In this document: piece after piece, positions 28,488-37,311 of the stretch
Layout: every line of letters begins with the position of its first letter
Position numbering within the stretch: position 1 is the stretch's first letter
NCBI GenBank assembly: GCA_030695925.1
Contig: JAUYOH010000139.1
Coordinates: forward strand, 15,142 to 79,141
Length of the DNA: 64,000 bases
Direction: 5' to 3'
Source of the DNA: Candidatus Omnitrophota bacterium
Lineage (GTDB): Bacteria > Omnitrophota > Gorgyraeia > Pluralincolimonadales > Pluralincolimonadaceae
Position numbers and translations under genes: made by a program
Notes under the pieces: generated by a model
What the model saw: only the letters and a program-made list of their open reading frames with translations
What the model was told of the DNA's origin: nothing
The model's database searches: none

Positions 28488-30260
28488 ATGGACCAGATCC
28501 GGTTCGCGATGGCGCAAATAAACCCCACGGTAGGCGATCTTACGGGCAACAGGGACAAGATAGTAAAATTCGTATCTGACGCCAGGTCATTGGGTTGCGA
28601 CATTGTCATCTTCCCGGAACTGGCGGTTTGCGGTTATCCGCCCGAAGACCTCCTGTTTAAGCCAAAATTTATAGAAGATTCTTCCAAGATACTGCACGAG
28701 ATAGCGCATAAGGCCGAAAATATCACCGTCATAGCGGGTTGCGTGGACAAAGTCAAGGACGACCTCTTTAACGCCGCCGCTTTGATACGGGATAAAGAAA
28801 TAATTTGTATGTATCATAAGATACTCCTTCCCAATTACGGCGTATTCGACGAGAAAAGGTATTTTAAGGCCGGAAACGAATCACTGGCGTTTAAGTTAGA
28901 TGGTTTAAAGATAGGTGTCAATATATGCGAGGACATATGGGAAGGTAATGGGCCCGCCAGTTTTGAGGCCTTAAACATGGGCGCTCCCGTGATAATAAAC
29001 ATCTCCGCCTCGCCTTATTGCGCGGGGAAATTGCATCTGCGCGAGAGCATGCTCTCAAGTCGCGCCAGAGAGACCGCTTCCATAATCCTTTATAATAATA
29101 TGGTGGGCGGTCAGGATGAGCTGGTCTTCGACGGCGGAAGCATGATACTCGGCTGGCAGGGCAGCATACTCGCGCGGGGCAGACAGTTCGAGGAAGATCT
29201 TGTCCTTTTTGATTTAAATGTCGAGGAATACCTGAAACACAGAAAGGTGCCTCACAGAAAAATCATAACTAACGGTTTTAAACCCAAAGAGATCTCGTTA
29301 AAAAAATGTGAGATAAAGATACGACCGCCTTTCCCGCCCCGTCGCATCGAAAAACTCGGAAGTATAGAAGAGGTCTATAAGGCGCTTGTTCTGGGCACGA
29401 AGGATTATGCCGTTAAGAACGGTTTCAAGAAAGCGGTGCTGGGCCTAAGCGGCGGGATAGATTCCGCTTTGGTCGCCGCTATAGCGGTAGACGCGCTCGG
29501 CAAGGACAATGTCGTCGGTGTTACTATGCCTTCCATTTATACAAAGGAGGAGACAAGGGCTGACGCGGTCATAGTTGCGAGGAGTTTAGGCATTAAAGTC
29601 CTGACGATACCCATAAGTAATGTATTCCAGTCCTATCTTCGCACCCTAAGGAAAGATTTTTCCGCCAAAGGCGTATCCGCATCGGGCGGAAAGGGAAACG
29701 TAGCGGAAGAGAATATACAGGCGAGGATCAGGGGCAATTTCTTGATGGCCCTATCCAATAAATTTGATTGGCTTGTCCTTACGACCGGAAACAAGAGCGA
29801 GATGTCGACCGGCTATTGCACCCTCTACGGCGATATGGCAGGGGGTTTCGCGGTCATAAAGGATGTGCCCAAGACCGTCGTTTACCATCTGGTGGAATAC
29901 AGAAACGCCGTCGCGAACAAAGAGATCATTCCCAAGACGATAATAAAGAGGGCGCCGTCGGCAGAATTAAGGCCGAACCAAAAAGACCAGGATACGCTCC
30001 CGCCTTATTCTACGCTCGATTCGATACTTAAATTGTATGTCGAGGAGGACAAGTCTTTCAGTGAGATAGTCGGTTCGCATTTCGACCCGAGAGTGGTCAA
30101 GAAAGTCATCTCAATGGTTGACAGGAATGAGTATAAGAGGCGGCAGGGTCCGCCGGGGATCAAGATCACGCCGAAGGCGTTCGGGAAAGACAGGAGACTT
30201 CCCATAACGAGTAAATATACGGATACGGGAAACCTTAAAAAGAAGGAGATCTTAAAATGA
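28488..30260 (+). CDS. nadE: Glutamine-dependent NAD+ synthetase
   Basis: 590 aa. N-terminal CN-hydrolase (nitrilase-type) glutaminase domain (FPELAVCGYPPEDL, NICEDIW). C-terminal PP-loop synthetase domain (GLSGGIDSA). Confidence 0.9.
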   Translation: MDQIRFAMAQINPTVGDLTGNRDKIVKFVSDARSLGCDIVIFPELAVCGYPPEDLLFKPKFIEDSSKILHEIAHKAENITVIAGCVDKVKDDLFNAAALIRDKEIICMYHKILLPNYGVFDEKRYFKAGNESLAFKLDGLKIGVNICEDIWEGNGPASFEALNMGAPVIINISASPYCAGKLHLRESMLSSRARETASIILYNNMVGGQDELVFDGGSMILGWQGSILARGRQFEEDLVLFDLNVEEYLKHRKVPHRKIITNGFKPKEISLKKCEIKIRPPFPPRRIEKLGSIEEVYKALVLGTKDYAVKNGFKKAVLGLSGGIDSALVAAIAVDALGKDNVVGVTMPSIYTKEETRADAVIVARSLGIKVLTIPISNVFQSYLRTLRKDFSAKGVSASGGKGNVAEENIQARIRGNFLMALSNKFDWLVLTTGNKSEMSTGYCTLYGDMAGGFAVIKDVPKTVVYHLVEYRNAVANKEIIPKTIIKRAPSAELRPNQKDQDTLPPYSTLDSILKLYVEEDKSFSEIVGSHFDPRVVKKVISMVDRNEYKRRQGPPGIKITPKAFGKDRRLPITSKYTDTGNLKKKEILK

Positions 30261-31597
30261 CGACAAAGAGCGCGAAGGACAAGGAATACGTGCTTAAGAT
30301 GGCCAAGGAAGCCAACGTCAAGTTTATCAGACTATGGTTTACCGATATACTGGGTTTTGTGAAATCGTTCGCGATAACGGTGGAAGAACTCGAGGGTGCT
30401 CTTGAGGAAGGGATGGGCTTTGACGGTTCCTCCATAGAAGGATTCGCTCGCATCGATGAATCGGATATGGTGGCAAAACCCGACCCCAATACCTTTTGTC
30501 TCCTTCCGTGGCGCCCGAAGGACGAATTTGCGGTCGCAAGGATGTTCTGCGATATCGTAATGCCCAGCGGAGAGCCATTCGAAGGCGATCCCAGATACAT
30601 CTTAAAGCAGAACCTGAAGCGGGCGGCCAAACTGGGATTTACTTTCTATGTCGGGCCCGAGTTGGAATTCTTTTATTTCAAGGATAACAAAACCACTGAG
30701 CCGCTCGATGCGGGCGGATATTTTGACCTTATCCCGCCTGATCCGGCTTCAGACTTGAGGCGCGATACGGTCCTCATGCTCGAAGCGATGGGTATAGGCG
30801 TCGAATACAGCCATCACGAAGTTGCGCCAAGCCAGCACGAGATAGATTTGAGATATACCGATGCCTTGACGATGGCCGACGCGGCCATGACGTACCGCGT
30901 CGTCGTAAAAGAAGTCGCGCAGCGTTACGGCTTCTATGCGACGTTCATGCCAAAGCCCATCTACGGGGTAAACGGGTCCGGTATGCACGTCCACCAGTCG
31001 CTTTTCAAGGGCGATAGCAACGCGTTCTTCGAAGCGAAGGACAAATACCATCTTTCAAAGATCGCTAAAAATTATATCGCGGGTCTCTTAAAACATTCAC
31101 GCGAAATAACCGCGGTCACAAGCCAGTGGGTCAACTCTTACAAGAGACTGGTCCCGGGCTATGAAGCGCCGGTCTATATCGCGTGGGCAAAGAGGAATCG
31201 TTCGACCCTTGTCAGGATACCGGAGTATAAGCCCGGAAAAGAGAAGGCCACGCGTATAGAATACCGTTCACCCGATCCGGCATGTAATCCGTATCTGACA
31301 TTTAGCGTAATGTTGGCCGCGGGCCTAGAAGGCATAGAGAAAAATTATGAACTGATTCCTCCGACCGAGGAAAACGTCTTCGAGTTAACACCCGAGGAGA
31401 GGACGAAGCGCGGGATAAGACCATTGCCCGGTGACCTCTATGAGGCGATATGCGAGACCGAGAAGAGTTCGGTGGTCAGGAAAGCTTTAGGCGAGCATGC
31501 TTTTACGTCGTTTATCGAAAACAAGAAGATAGAATGGGATAAATACAGGGCACGTGTCACCGATTACGAGATAAAGGAATACCTCTCGATACTTTAG
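30257..31597 (+). CDS. glnA: Glutamine synthetase type I-alpha
   Basis: 446 aa, ATGA overlap with nadE. GS motifs present ([40 protein letters not shown]). Lacks the GSI-beta insertion. Confidence 0.9.
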   Translation: MTTKSAKDKEYVLKMAKEANVKFIRLWFTDILGFVKSFAITVEELEGALEEGMGFDGSSIEGFARIDESDMVAKPDPNTFCLLPWRPKDEFAVARMFCDIVMPSGEPFEGDPRYILKQNLKRAAKLGFTFYVGPELEFFYFKDNKTTEPLDAGGYFDLIPPDPASDLRRDTVLMLEAMGIGVEYSHHEVAPSQHEIDLRYTDALTMADAAMTYRVVVKEVAQRYGFYATFMPKPIYGVNGSGMHVHQSLFKGDSNAFFEAKDKYHLSKIAKNYIAGLLKHSREITAVTSQWVNSYKRLVPGYEAPVYIAWAKRNRSTLVRIPEYKPGKEKATRIEYRSPDPACNPYLTFSVMLAAGLEGIEKNYELIPPTEENVFELTPEERTKRGIRPLPGDLYEAICETEKSSVVRKALGEHAFTSFIENKKIEWDKYRARVTDYEIKEYLSIL

Positions 31598-31599
31598 AG

Positions 31600-32325
31600 A
31601 TGGCAATAAAAAATAATACAAAGGGCGTTAAGGGGTCTTCCTCTTACGAGAGGCAGATAGAGGCGCTTTCTAAGATAAGCCAGACGATCACCTCTAATTT
31701 ATATCTTGAGGATATCTTGCGTCTTATCGTGATGGTCACCGCCGAAGTCATGAATTCCAAGATATGTTCTCTCATGCTGATTGACGAAAAAGGCAAGGAG
31801 CTTGTCATCAGGGCGACCCAGAGCATAAGCGAAGCGTATAATAAGAAGCCGAACATAAAAATAGGCGAAGGGATAGCCGGCATAGTCGCGAAGGAAAACA
31901 GCCCTATCGCTGTATTTGACGTTCGAAAAGACCCGCAGTATATCAATAGAGATATCGCCAAAAAAGAGAACCTGTGTTCCCTTCTTTCTCTGCCGATGAG
32001 CGTAAAGGGGAGAGTCATAGGCGTCCTTAATAGTTATACTTCCACCCCTCATAAATTCACCAAGAACGAGATAAATATCCTTACGACGGTCGCCAATCAG
32101 GCCGCTGTCGCGATAGAGAACGCCCAGCTTATGGTCAAGTCGAAGATCATTCAGGAAGAACTTGAGACTAGGAAACTTGTCGATCGCGCCAAGGGTATCT
32201 TAATGAGAAAGGGCCTGACCGAAGAAGACGCGTTCCGCCGTATCCAAAAGCAGGCTATGGACCTCAGGAGGTCAATGAGGCAGATAGCCGAGGCTATTAT
32301 TCTATCCGACGACCTCAAATACTAA
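31600..32325 (+). CDS. GAF-ANTAR RNA-binding antitermination regulator
   Basis: 241 aa. N-terminal GAF-like domain (ILRLIVMVTAEVMNSKICSLMLID...GEGIAG). C-terminal ANTAR helix pattern (LETRKLVDRAKGILMRKGLTEEDAFRRIQKQAMDLRRSMRQIAEAII). Starts 2 nt after the glnA stop. Confidence 0.8.
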   Translation: MAIKNNTKGVKGSSSYERQIEALSKISQTITSNLYLEDILRLIVMVTAEVMNSKICSLMLIDEKGKELVIRATQSISEAYNKKPNIKIGEGIAGIVAKENSPIAVFDVRKDPQYINRDIAKKENLCSLLSLPMSVKGRVIGVLNSYTSTPHKFTKNEINILTTVANQAAVAIENAQLMVKSKIIQEELETRKLVDRAKGILMRKGLTEEDAFRRIQKQAMDLRRSMRQIAEAIILSDDLKY

Positions 32326-32342
32326 GGGTTTATTGACGATTA

Positions 32343-34757
32343 ATGGAATTCAAGATTACCGAAGACAACTTTAAATTAGGCGGACGTGATTTTTTTGTCT
32401 ATTCCGGCGAGATACATTATTTCAGGATAAGGCCCGAAAACTGGGCTATCCATCTGAAGAAAGCGAAAGCCGCCAACCTTAATACCGTAAGTACTTATAT
32501 CCCATGGGATTGGCACGAGTATGAGGAAGGCAGGTTTGATTTTACCGGCCAGACAAATCCGCAGAGAAATCTACTCGGCTTCATAGAGTTATGCAAGAAA
32601 AACGGCCTTTACCTGATCGTCAAACCCGGGCCTTACATCCTCGCCGAATATATGGACCACGGAATTCCTCAGTGGTTGCTATCTTCCCATCCCGAGATAC
32701 TCTCTCTAAATAAAGACGGCAAACCGTTCAATCATGCGCGCGTGGCCCTGCTTCATCCGACATATCTAAAGTACGCCAAACTCTGGTATGACAGGATAAT
32801 TGAGATAATCAGAGAAAATTCGGTTACTAAGACTGGCGGCATCATAATCTCGATGCAGGTATGTAACGAGATAGGCGTCTTTACATGGCTTGATAAAGAA
32901 GCGGATTATAATCCCGTCGCGCTCGAGCACTACAAGAAATTTCTGGCGGATAAATACAAGAAGATAACGCGCCTTAACGCCTTGTATAAGACCAAGTATA
33001 GGGGTTTCGGTTCGGTCCTTCCTCCTTCCGGGAATCCGTCAAGGCTTCCGGAATTGGCAGCCGACCTAGATTGGCACTTGTTCTGGCGCAGTTATTATGC
33101 CGCTTATCTGGAATATCTTATGAAAGAGCTGATAAAGAGAAAAATCCGAGTTCCCTTTACGCATAATTTGCCCGGGTGGGTCCTTGGGCGCGCGGTCGAG
33201 TATCCTTTGAACATAACGATGTATCAGGATGTGGCCAAGTTATACCCGAAGATCTTCTTGACCGTCGATCACATACCGGAAAATGTCTCTTATAGGAATT
33301 TCCATGATGTCGCTATAATCCAACAGATAACCAGGGCCATACAGGGCGGCAAGGGACCGATATTTGTCGCGGAGATGCAGGCAGGTACAAGAGAGCACAA
33401 TGTGGTCATTTATCCGGATGAGTTAGAGTTGTTCTATAAGGCATCCCTCGCGTACGGAGCCGCGGGGATGAATTTCTATATGTTCTCACAGGGGATGAAT
33501 CCGAAAGGGAAGTCCGCGGTAGGGCCGACTTTCTACTGGCAGGCGCCTCTTGATTATGACGGAAAAGAAACCCCTCTCTATCCGGTGATAAGGCGTTTCG
33601 GAAAAATAACTTCGAATTTTGGAAATCTTCTCGCGAAAGCCAAGCCCGATTCGAAAGTAGCGCTTTTATTCTATAAGCCCTATTATTATACGGAGTTGAC
33701 GCACTCATATGACTTAAAGAAGATGGGATTAGGCTATAATCCCAAGGGCATAAGGGACGGTATATTTTTCGAAGGAATCGCCAAGGTCCTTAAGATGTTA
33801 AATTGCGATTACGACATTCTTGATTTGGAATTGTGTAAAACAAATGACCTCTCGAAGTATAAACAGGTATGGGTGGTCGCGTTGGAATACATGGACGCAG
33901 ATTCCCAAAAACTTATATCCCAATATGTGTTAAGCGGCGGACATCTTGTGATGCTGCCGCGCGTGCCGCAATACGACCTTTCCTTAAAGCCGTGCGATAT
34001 CCTCAAGGAATCACTTAAATTAGGCGAGATAAAAGAGGTCTCGCCGCGCGTGCCGACAATCGAGTTTATGGATATAAGGGAGATATCGGTCGTAAATCCG
34101 GTCCATGTCTTTGATGAAGCGAACGCTCAGCCCGTAGCCCTTCTGGCAAACGGAAGCGCATGCGGCATAGTCAAGCATTTCGGGATTGGGTGGGCCCTTC
34201 TTATGGGCACCGCATTCGGTTATTCTATAGAGGAGAATATCGAGGCCTATTCCCGCATTCTCAAGATGGACGATATCCGGGGAAGCGCGGCATCCTCAAA
34301 CAAAAGATTCATCGTCCAGGAATTCTTTGGCGACGGATATGCCTTTGTGTTTGTAGCGAATTATTATAGGACTACCGAATCCGGTTATGTAACATTTGTC
34401 AATCCCCTGACCAAAGTCGAGACGAAAATACCGCATGCTTCGGAGCTGACCCTGCCGGGTTTGAGCGGGATTTTGATTCCCGTGGCCGTTCCCATACAAG
34501 GAAGCAGCGCCAAGATAATGTTCTCCACATCACAGGTCATCAGCGCTTTTGAGAGGAGCGGTTCGATATATATGGAGTTGCACGGGTATTCCAATTCGGC
34601 GGCAGAAGTGGCGGTTGCCCTGAAGAATAAGCCGCGGCAGGCATTTGTCGACGGCAAAAAAGCGGAATTTTCATTTAAAGGCGGCGAGGCCGTGATATCT
34701 TTCAGGCATAGCGACGAAGGTTCGGTGCTTCTTAAGCTGAATCTGAGGGAAAGATGA
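32343..34757 (+). CDS. GH35-family beta-galactosidase-like glycoside hydrolase
   Basis: 804 aa. GEIHYFRIRPENWAIHLKKAKAANLNTVSTYIPWDWHEYEEGRFDF...LYLIVKPGPYILAEY and MQVCNEIG (acid/base NE) match GH35 signatures. Confidence 0.75.
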   Translation: MEFKITEDNFKLGGRDFFVYSGEIHYFRIRPENWAIHLKKAKAANLNTVSTYIPWDWHEYEEGRFDFTGQTNPQRNLLGFIELCKKNGLYLIVKPGPYILAEYMDHGIPQWLLSSHPEILSLNKDGKPFNHARVALLHPTYLKYAKLWYDRIIEIIRENSVTKTGGIIISMQVCNEIGVFTWLDKEADYNPVALEHYKKFLADKYKKITRLNALYKTKYRGFGSVLPPSGNPSRLPELAADLDWHLFWRSYYAAYLEYLMKELIKRKIRVPFTHNLPGWVLGRAVEYPLNITMYQDVAKLYPKIFLTVDHIPENVSYRNFHDVAIIQQITRAIQGGKGPIFVAEMQAGTREHNVVIYPDELELFYKASLAYGAAGMNFYMFSQGMNPKGKSAVGPTFYWQAPLDYDGKETPLYPVIRRFGKITSNFGNLLAKAKPDSKVALLFYKPYYYTELTHSYDLKKMGLGYNPKGIRDGIFFEGIAKVLKMLNCDYDILDLELCKTNDLSKYKQVWVVALEYMDADSQKLISQYVLSGGHLVMLPRVPQYDLSLKPCDILKESLKLGEIKEVSPRVPTIEFMDIREISVVNPVHVFDEANAQPVALLANGSACGIVKHFGIGWALLMGTAFGYSIEENIEAYSRILKMDDIRGSAASSNKRFIVQEFFGDGYAFVFVANYYRTTESGYVTFVNPLTKVETKIPHASELTLPGLSGILIPVAVPIQGSSAKIMFSTSQVISAFERSGSIYMELHGYSNSAAEVAVALKNKPRQAFVDGKKAEFSFKGGEAVISFRHSDEGSVLLKLNLRER

Positions 34758-35989
34758 GGACATCCAGCATAAAAGACGCGTTAGCGTTCGACAAGATCCT
34801 CTCCGATAAGCAGAGGAAGAATCTCTCTATCCTTGAACTGGTGATAAAACGAGGGCCCATATCAAGGACCGATATCTCGCGCTTGACCGGCTTGAATATA
34901 GTGACCGTCTCAAATTACATAAACGAATTTATAGAGAAGGAATTAGTGATAGAAAAAGGTTTTGACGTCTCTACCGGCGGAAGACGCCCGACCTTGGTCG
35001 AACTTAACTCGAAATTCGGCTATATAATCGGTGTGGGTCTGACGGCACTTAACATAGTTGGGATACTTGTGGATTCGAAGATGCAGGTCATTTGCGAAGT
35101 GAAGAAGGAACGTCCCGCCGAGAACAGCGAGGCGGTGATCGATAAGTTAGTCGAGACGGTCGAAGAGGTGTTGAGTAAGTCCAAGGTCGATGCAAGCAAG
35201 ATAAAGGGCCTCGGGCTAGGCATACCCGGCGTTATCGATGAGGAAGGCCAGACCATAAGATGGCTGGGTTCCATGGGGCTTTCCATGGTCTCGATATCCG
35301 GCGTTTCCCTCAAGGACATCTTCGAGAAGGAGTTTGACATTCCCACCCTCGTCGAGCATGACGCCGCCTGCGGAGTCTTCGGCGAACGCTGGTTTGGGTT
35401 CGAGGCGGATATAAAGGATATGATCTATATGCATACCGGTGTCGGCTGTGGCCTTATCATAAATGGCCAGATATACAGAGGCTCGACCGGTTCCGCGGGA
35501 GAACTCGGCATATTCAATCCGGCGGAAGCCAACGAAGAGGAAAGAAGGCGCGAATCCGTTAACCTTGGGACGTGGGAACTGGATTTAGGCGTCATATATC
35601 AGGCGAAGAAGGCGCTTAAAGAGGGAGCAAAGTCCCGTATATTCGAGCTGGCCGGAAATGATCCGGATAAAATAGACCTCTCATCGGTCATCGAGGCATC
35701 GAAGGCGGGCGACAAGTTGGCTAACGAGTTATTAGAGACGGCAGGCCGGCAGTTAGGCAGGAAGATATCTTTTTTGGTAAATCTCTTAAATCCCGAAGTC
35801 GTCGTGATCGGCGGAGGGATAGAGCAGGCAGGGGCGGTATTTATGGATTCGATAAAGAGGACCATTCATTACTGGTCCCGTGAAGAGAATATCAGGAACT
35901 TGAGGATCGTTCCCTCGCGGTTGGGCGGAAACGCCGTAGCGATGGGAGCCGTATGCCTCGTTTTGCAGCGTATCTTGATGAACGCGTAA
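34754..35989 (+). CDS. ROK-family transcriptional regulator
   Basis: 411 aa, ATGA overlap with the GH35 gene. N-terminal wHTH (NLSILELVIKRGPISRTDISRLTGLNIVTVSNYINEF). ROK sugar-kinase-like fold (GVGLT..., GVGCGLIINGQIYRGSTGSAGELG). The CxCGxxGC zinc motif is not visible. Confidence 0.8.
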   Translation: MRTSSIKDALAFDKILSDKQRKNLSILELVIKRGPISRTDISRLTGLNIVTVSNYINEFIEKELVIEKGFDVSTGGRRPTLVELNSKFGYIIGVGLTALNIVGILVDSKMQVICEVKKERPAENSEAVIDKLVETVEEVLSKSKVDASKIKGLGLGIPGVIDEEGQTIRWLGSMGLSMVSISGVSLKDIFEKEFDIPTLVEHDAACGVFGERWFGFEADIKDMIYMHTGVGCGLIINGQIYRGSTGSAGELGIFNPAEANEEERRRESVNLGTWELDLGVIYQAKKALKEGAKSRIFELAGNDPDKIDLSSVIEASKAGDKLANELLETAGRQLGRKISFLVNLLNPEVVVIGGGIEQAGAVFMDSIKRTIHYWSREENIRNLRIVPSRLGGNAVAMGAVCLVLQRILMNA

Positions 35990-36006
35990 AAATAAGGAGG
36001 AGAGGG

Positions 36007-37311
36007 ATGAACGGAGGTTTGAGGAGATTTTTGGCGTCTCTTATTATCTTGGCCTTTATCTTTCAGATGACCGGATGCGCCCCGCGGGAAGCCGGCGGCA
36101 AACCCAAGAAGGTCACGGTAAAGGTTGGCTTCTGGGGAAGCCCGGAAGAGATCAATATCATAACTACGACGATAAAGGATTGGGAAAAGATACATCCGAA
36201 CATCAAGGTAAAGTTAGAGCATATTCCCTTCGGCAGTTATGTGAGCAAGATATTGACCGAGTACGCCGGCAGGTCCGCGCCGGATATAATCGCCGCCGAG
36301 GTCAATATGTTCGTCTCCTTCGCGGATAAGGACGTCTTTGTAGACCTTAAGCCGTTTGTAGAGAAGGACACGACATTTAAATTAAACGAATTCTTCCCCG
36401 AGGTCGTTGACTGGTATACGGTAAAGGGAAAATTATACGCTATACCGCGGGACACCGCGCCCATGGCCTGCATCTATTATAATAAAAAGCTGTTTGACGA
36501 AGCGGGCGTCCCGTACCCCACCGACGATTGGAACTGGAACGATCTTTTGGAGAAAGCCCGGAAACTGACCAAAGTCGACAAAGACGGCAAGGCCATACAA
36601 TACGGATTCTACAGCGATATGTGGCAGAACTTCGTTTATTCCAACGGCGGAAAGATAGTGGATAATGTCAAGCATCCCACAAAGTGCCTTCTTAATTCGC
36701 CGGAAGCGGTAGGCGGCCTGGAGTTTTTATTGGACCTCGCCCATAAATACAAGGTCTCGCCCACACCCAATACTTTCAGGAATCTGGGGCTCGGCGTTAT
36801 CCAGATGTTCATGATGCAGAGGGTGGCGATGTTCCATTCCGGGATCTGGGAGACGCCGTTATTAAGGAAGATAAAAGATTTTGAATGGGATATCGCTATG
36901 TATCCGAAGGGCCCTACCGGCATAAGGAAGTTCGGGACCGGCGGGACGGGATACGGCATATTGAAGACGACCAAATATCCCGAGGAAGCGTGGGAAGTAT
37001 TAAAGGCGTTAAGCGGTGATGAAGGACAGATCATGCTCGCGGAATCGGGGCTGGCGCAGCCCGCGAACAAGAAGATCGCGGAAGGCGAACATTTCGCCGG
37101 TAGTAAGCAGCCGCCGCTTAACAAGAAGTTATTGAATGAGGCGGTCAAATACGCGGTCTATGACCCGTTTCACGCGAAATGGCGCGAGGCGCGCGACCTT
37201 TATATCTATCCCGAGTTCGACCTGATGTTCAACGGCTTAAAATCGGTTAAGGATGCGGTCAACAAGGTGGTTCCGGAAGTAAATAAATTATTGCAAGAAG
37301 AGGAAAAATGA
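36007..37311 (+). CDS. ABC transporter sugar-binding lipoprotein (family 1 SBP)
   Basis: Start at the ATG at 36007 after AGGAGGAGAGGG. Lipobox LAFIFQMTGC. SBP_bac_1-like sequence (KVGFWGSPEE..., YAIPRDTAPMACIYYNKKLFDEAGVPYP). Confidence 0.8.
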   Translation: MNGGLRRFLASLIILAFIFQMTGCAPREAGGKPKKVTVKVGFWGSPEEINIITTTIKDWEKIHPNIKVKLEHIPFGSYVSKILTEYAGRSAPDIIAAEVNMFVSFADKDVFVDLKPFVEKDTTFKLNEFFPEVVDWYTVKGKLYAIPRDTAPMACIYYNKKLFDEAGVPYPTDDWNWNDLLEKARKLTKVDKDGKAIQYGFYSDMWQNFVYSNGGKIVDNVKHPTKCLLNSPEAVGGLEFLLDLAHKYKVSPTPNTFRNLGLGVIQMFMMQRVAMFHSGIWETPLLRKIKDFEWDIAMYPKGPTGIRKFGTGGTGYGILKTTKYPEEAWEVLKALSGDEGQIMLAESGLAQPANKKIAEGEHFAGSKQPPLNKKLLNEAVKYAVYDPFHAKWREARDLYIYPEFDLMFNGLKSVKDAVNKVVPEVNKLLQEEEK

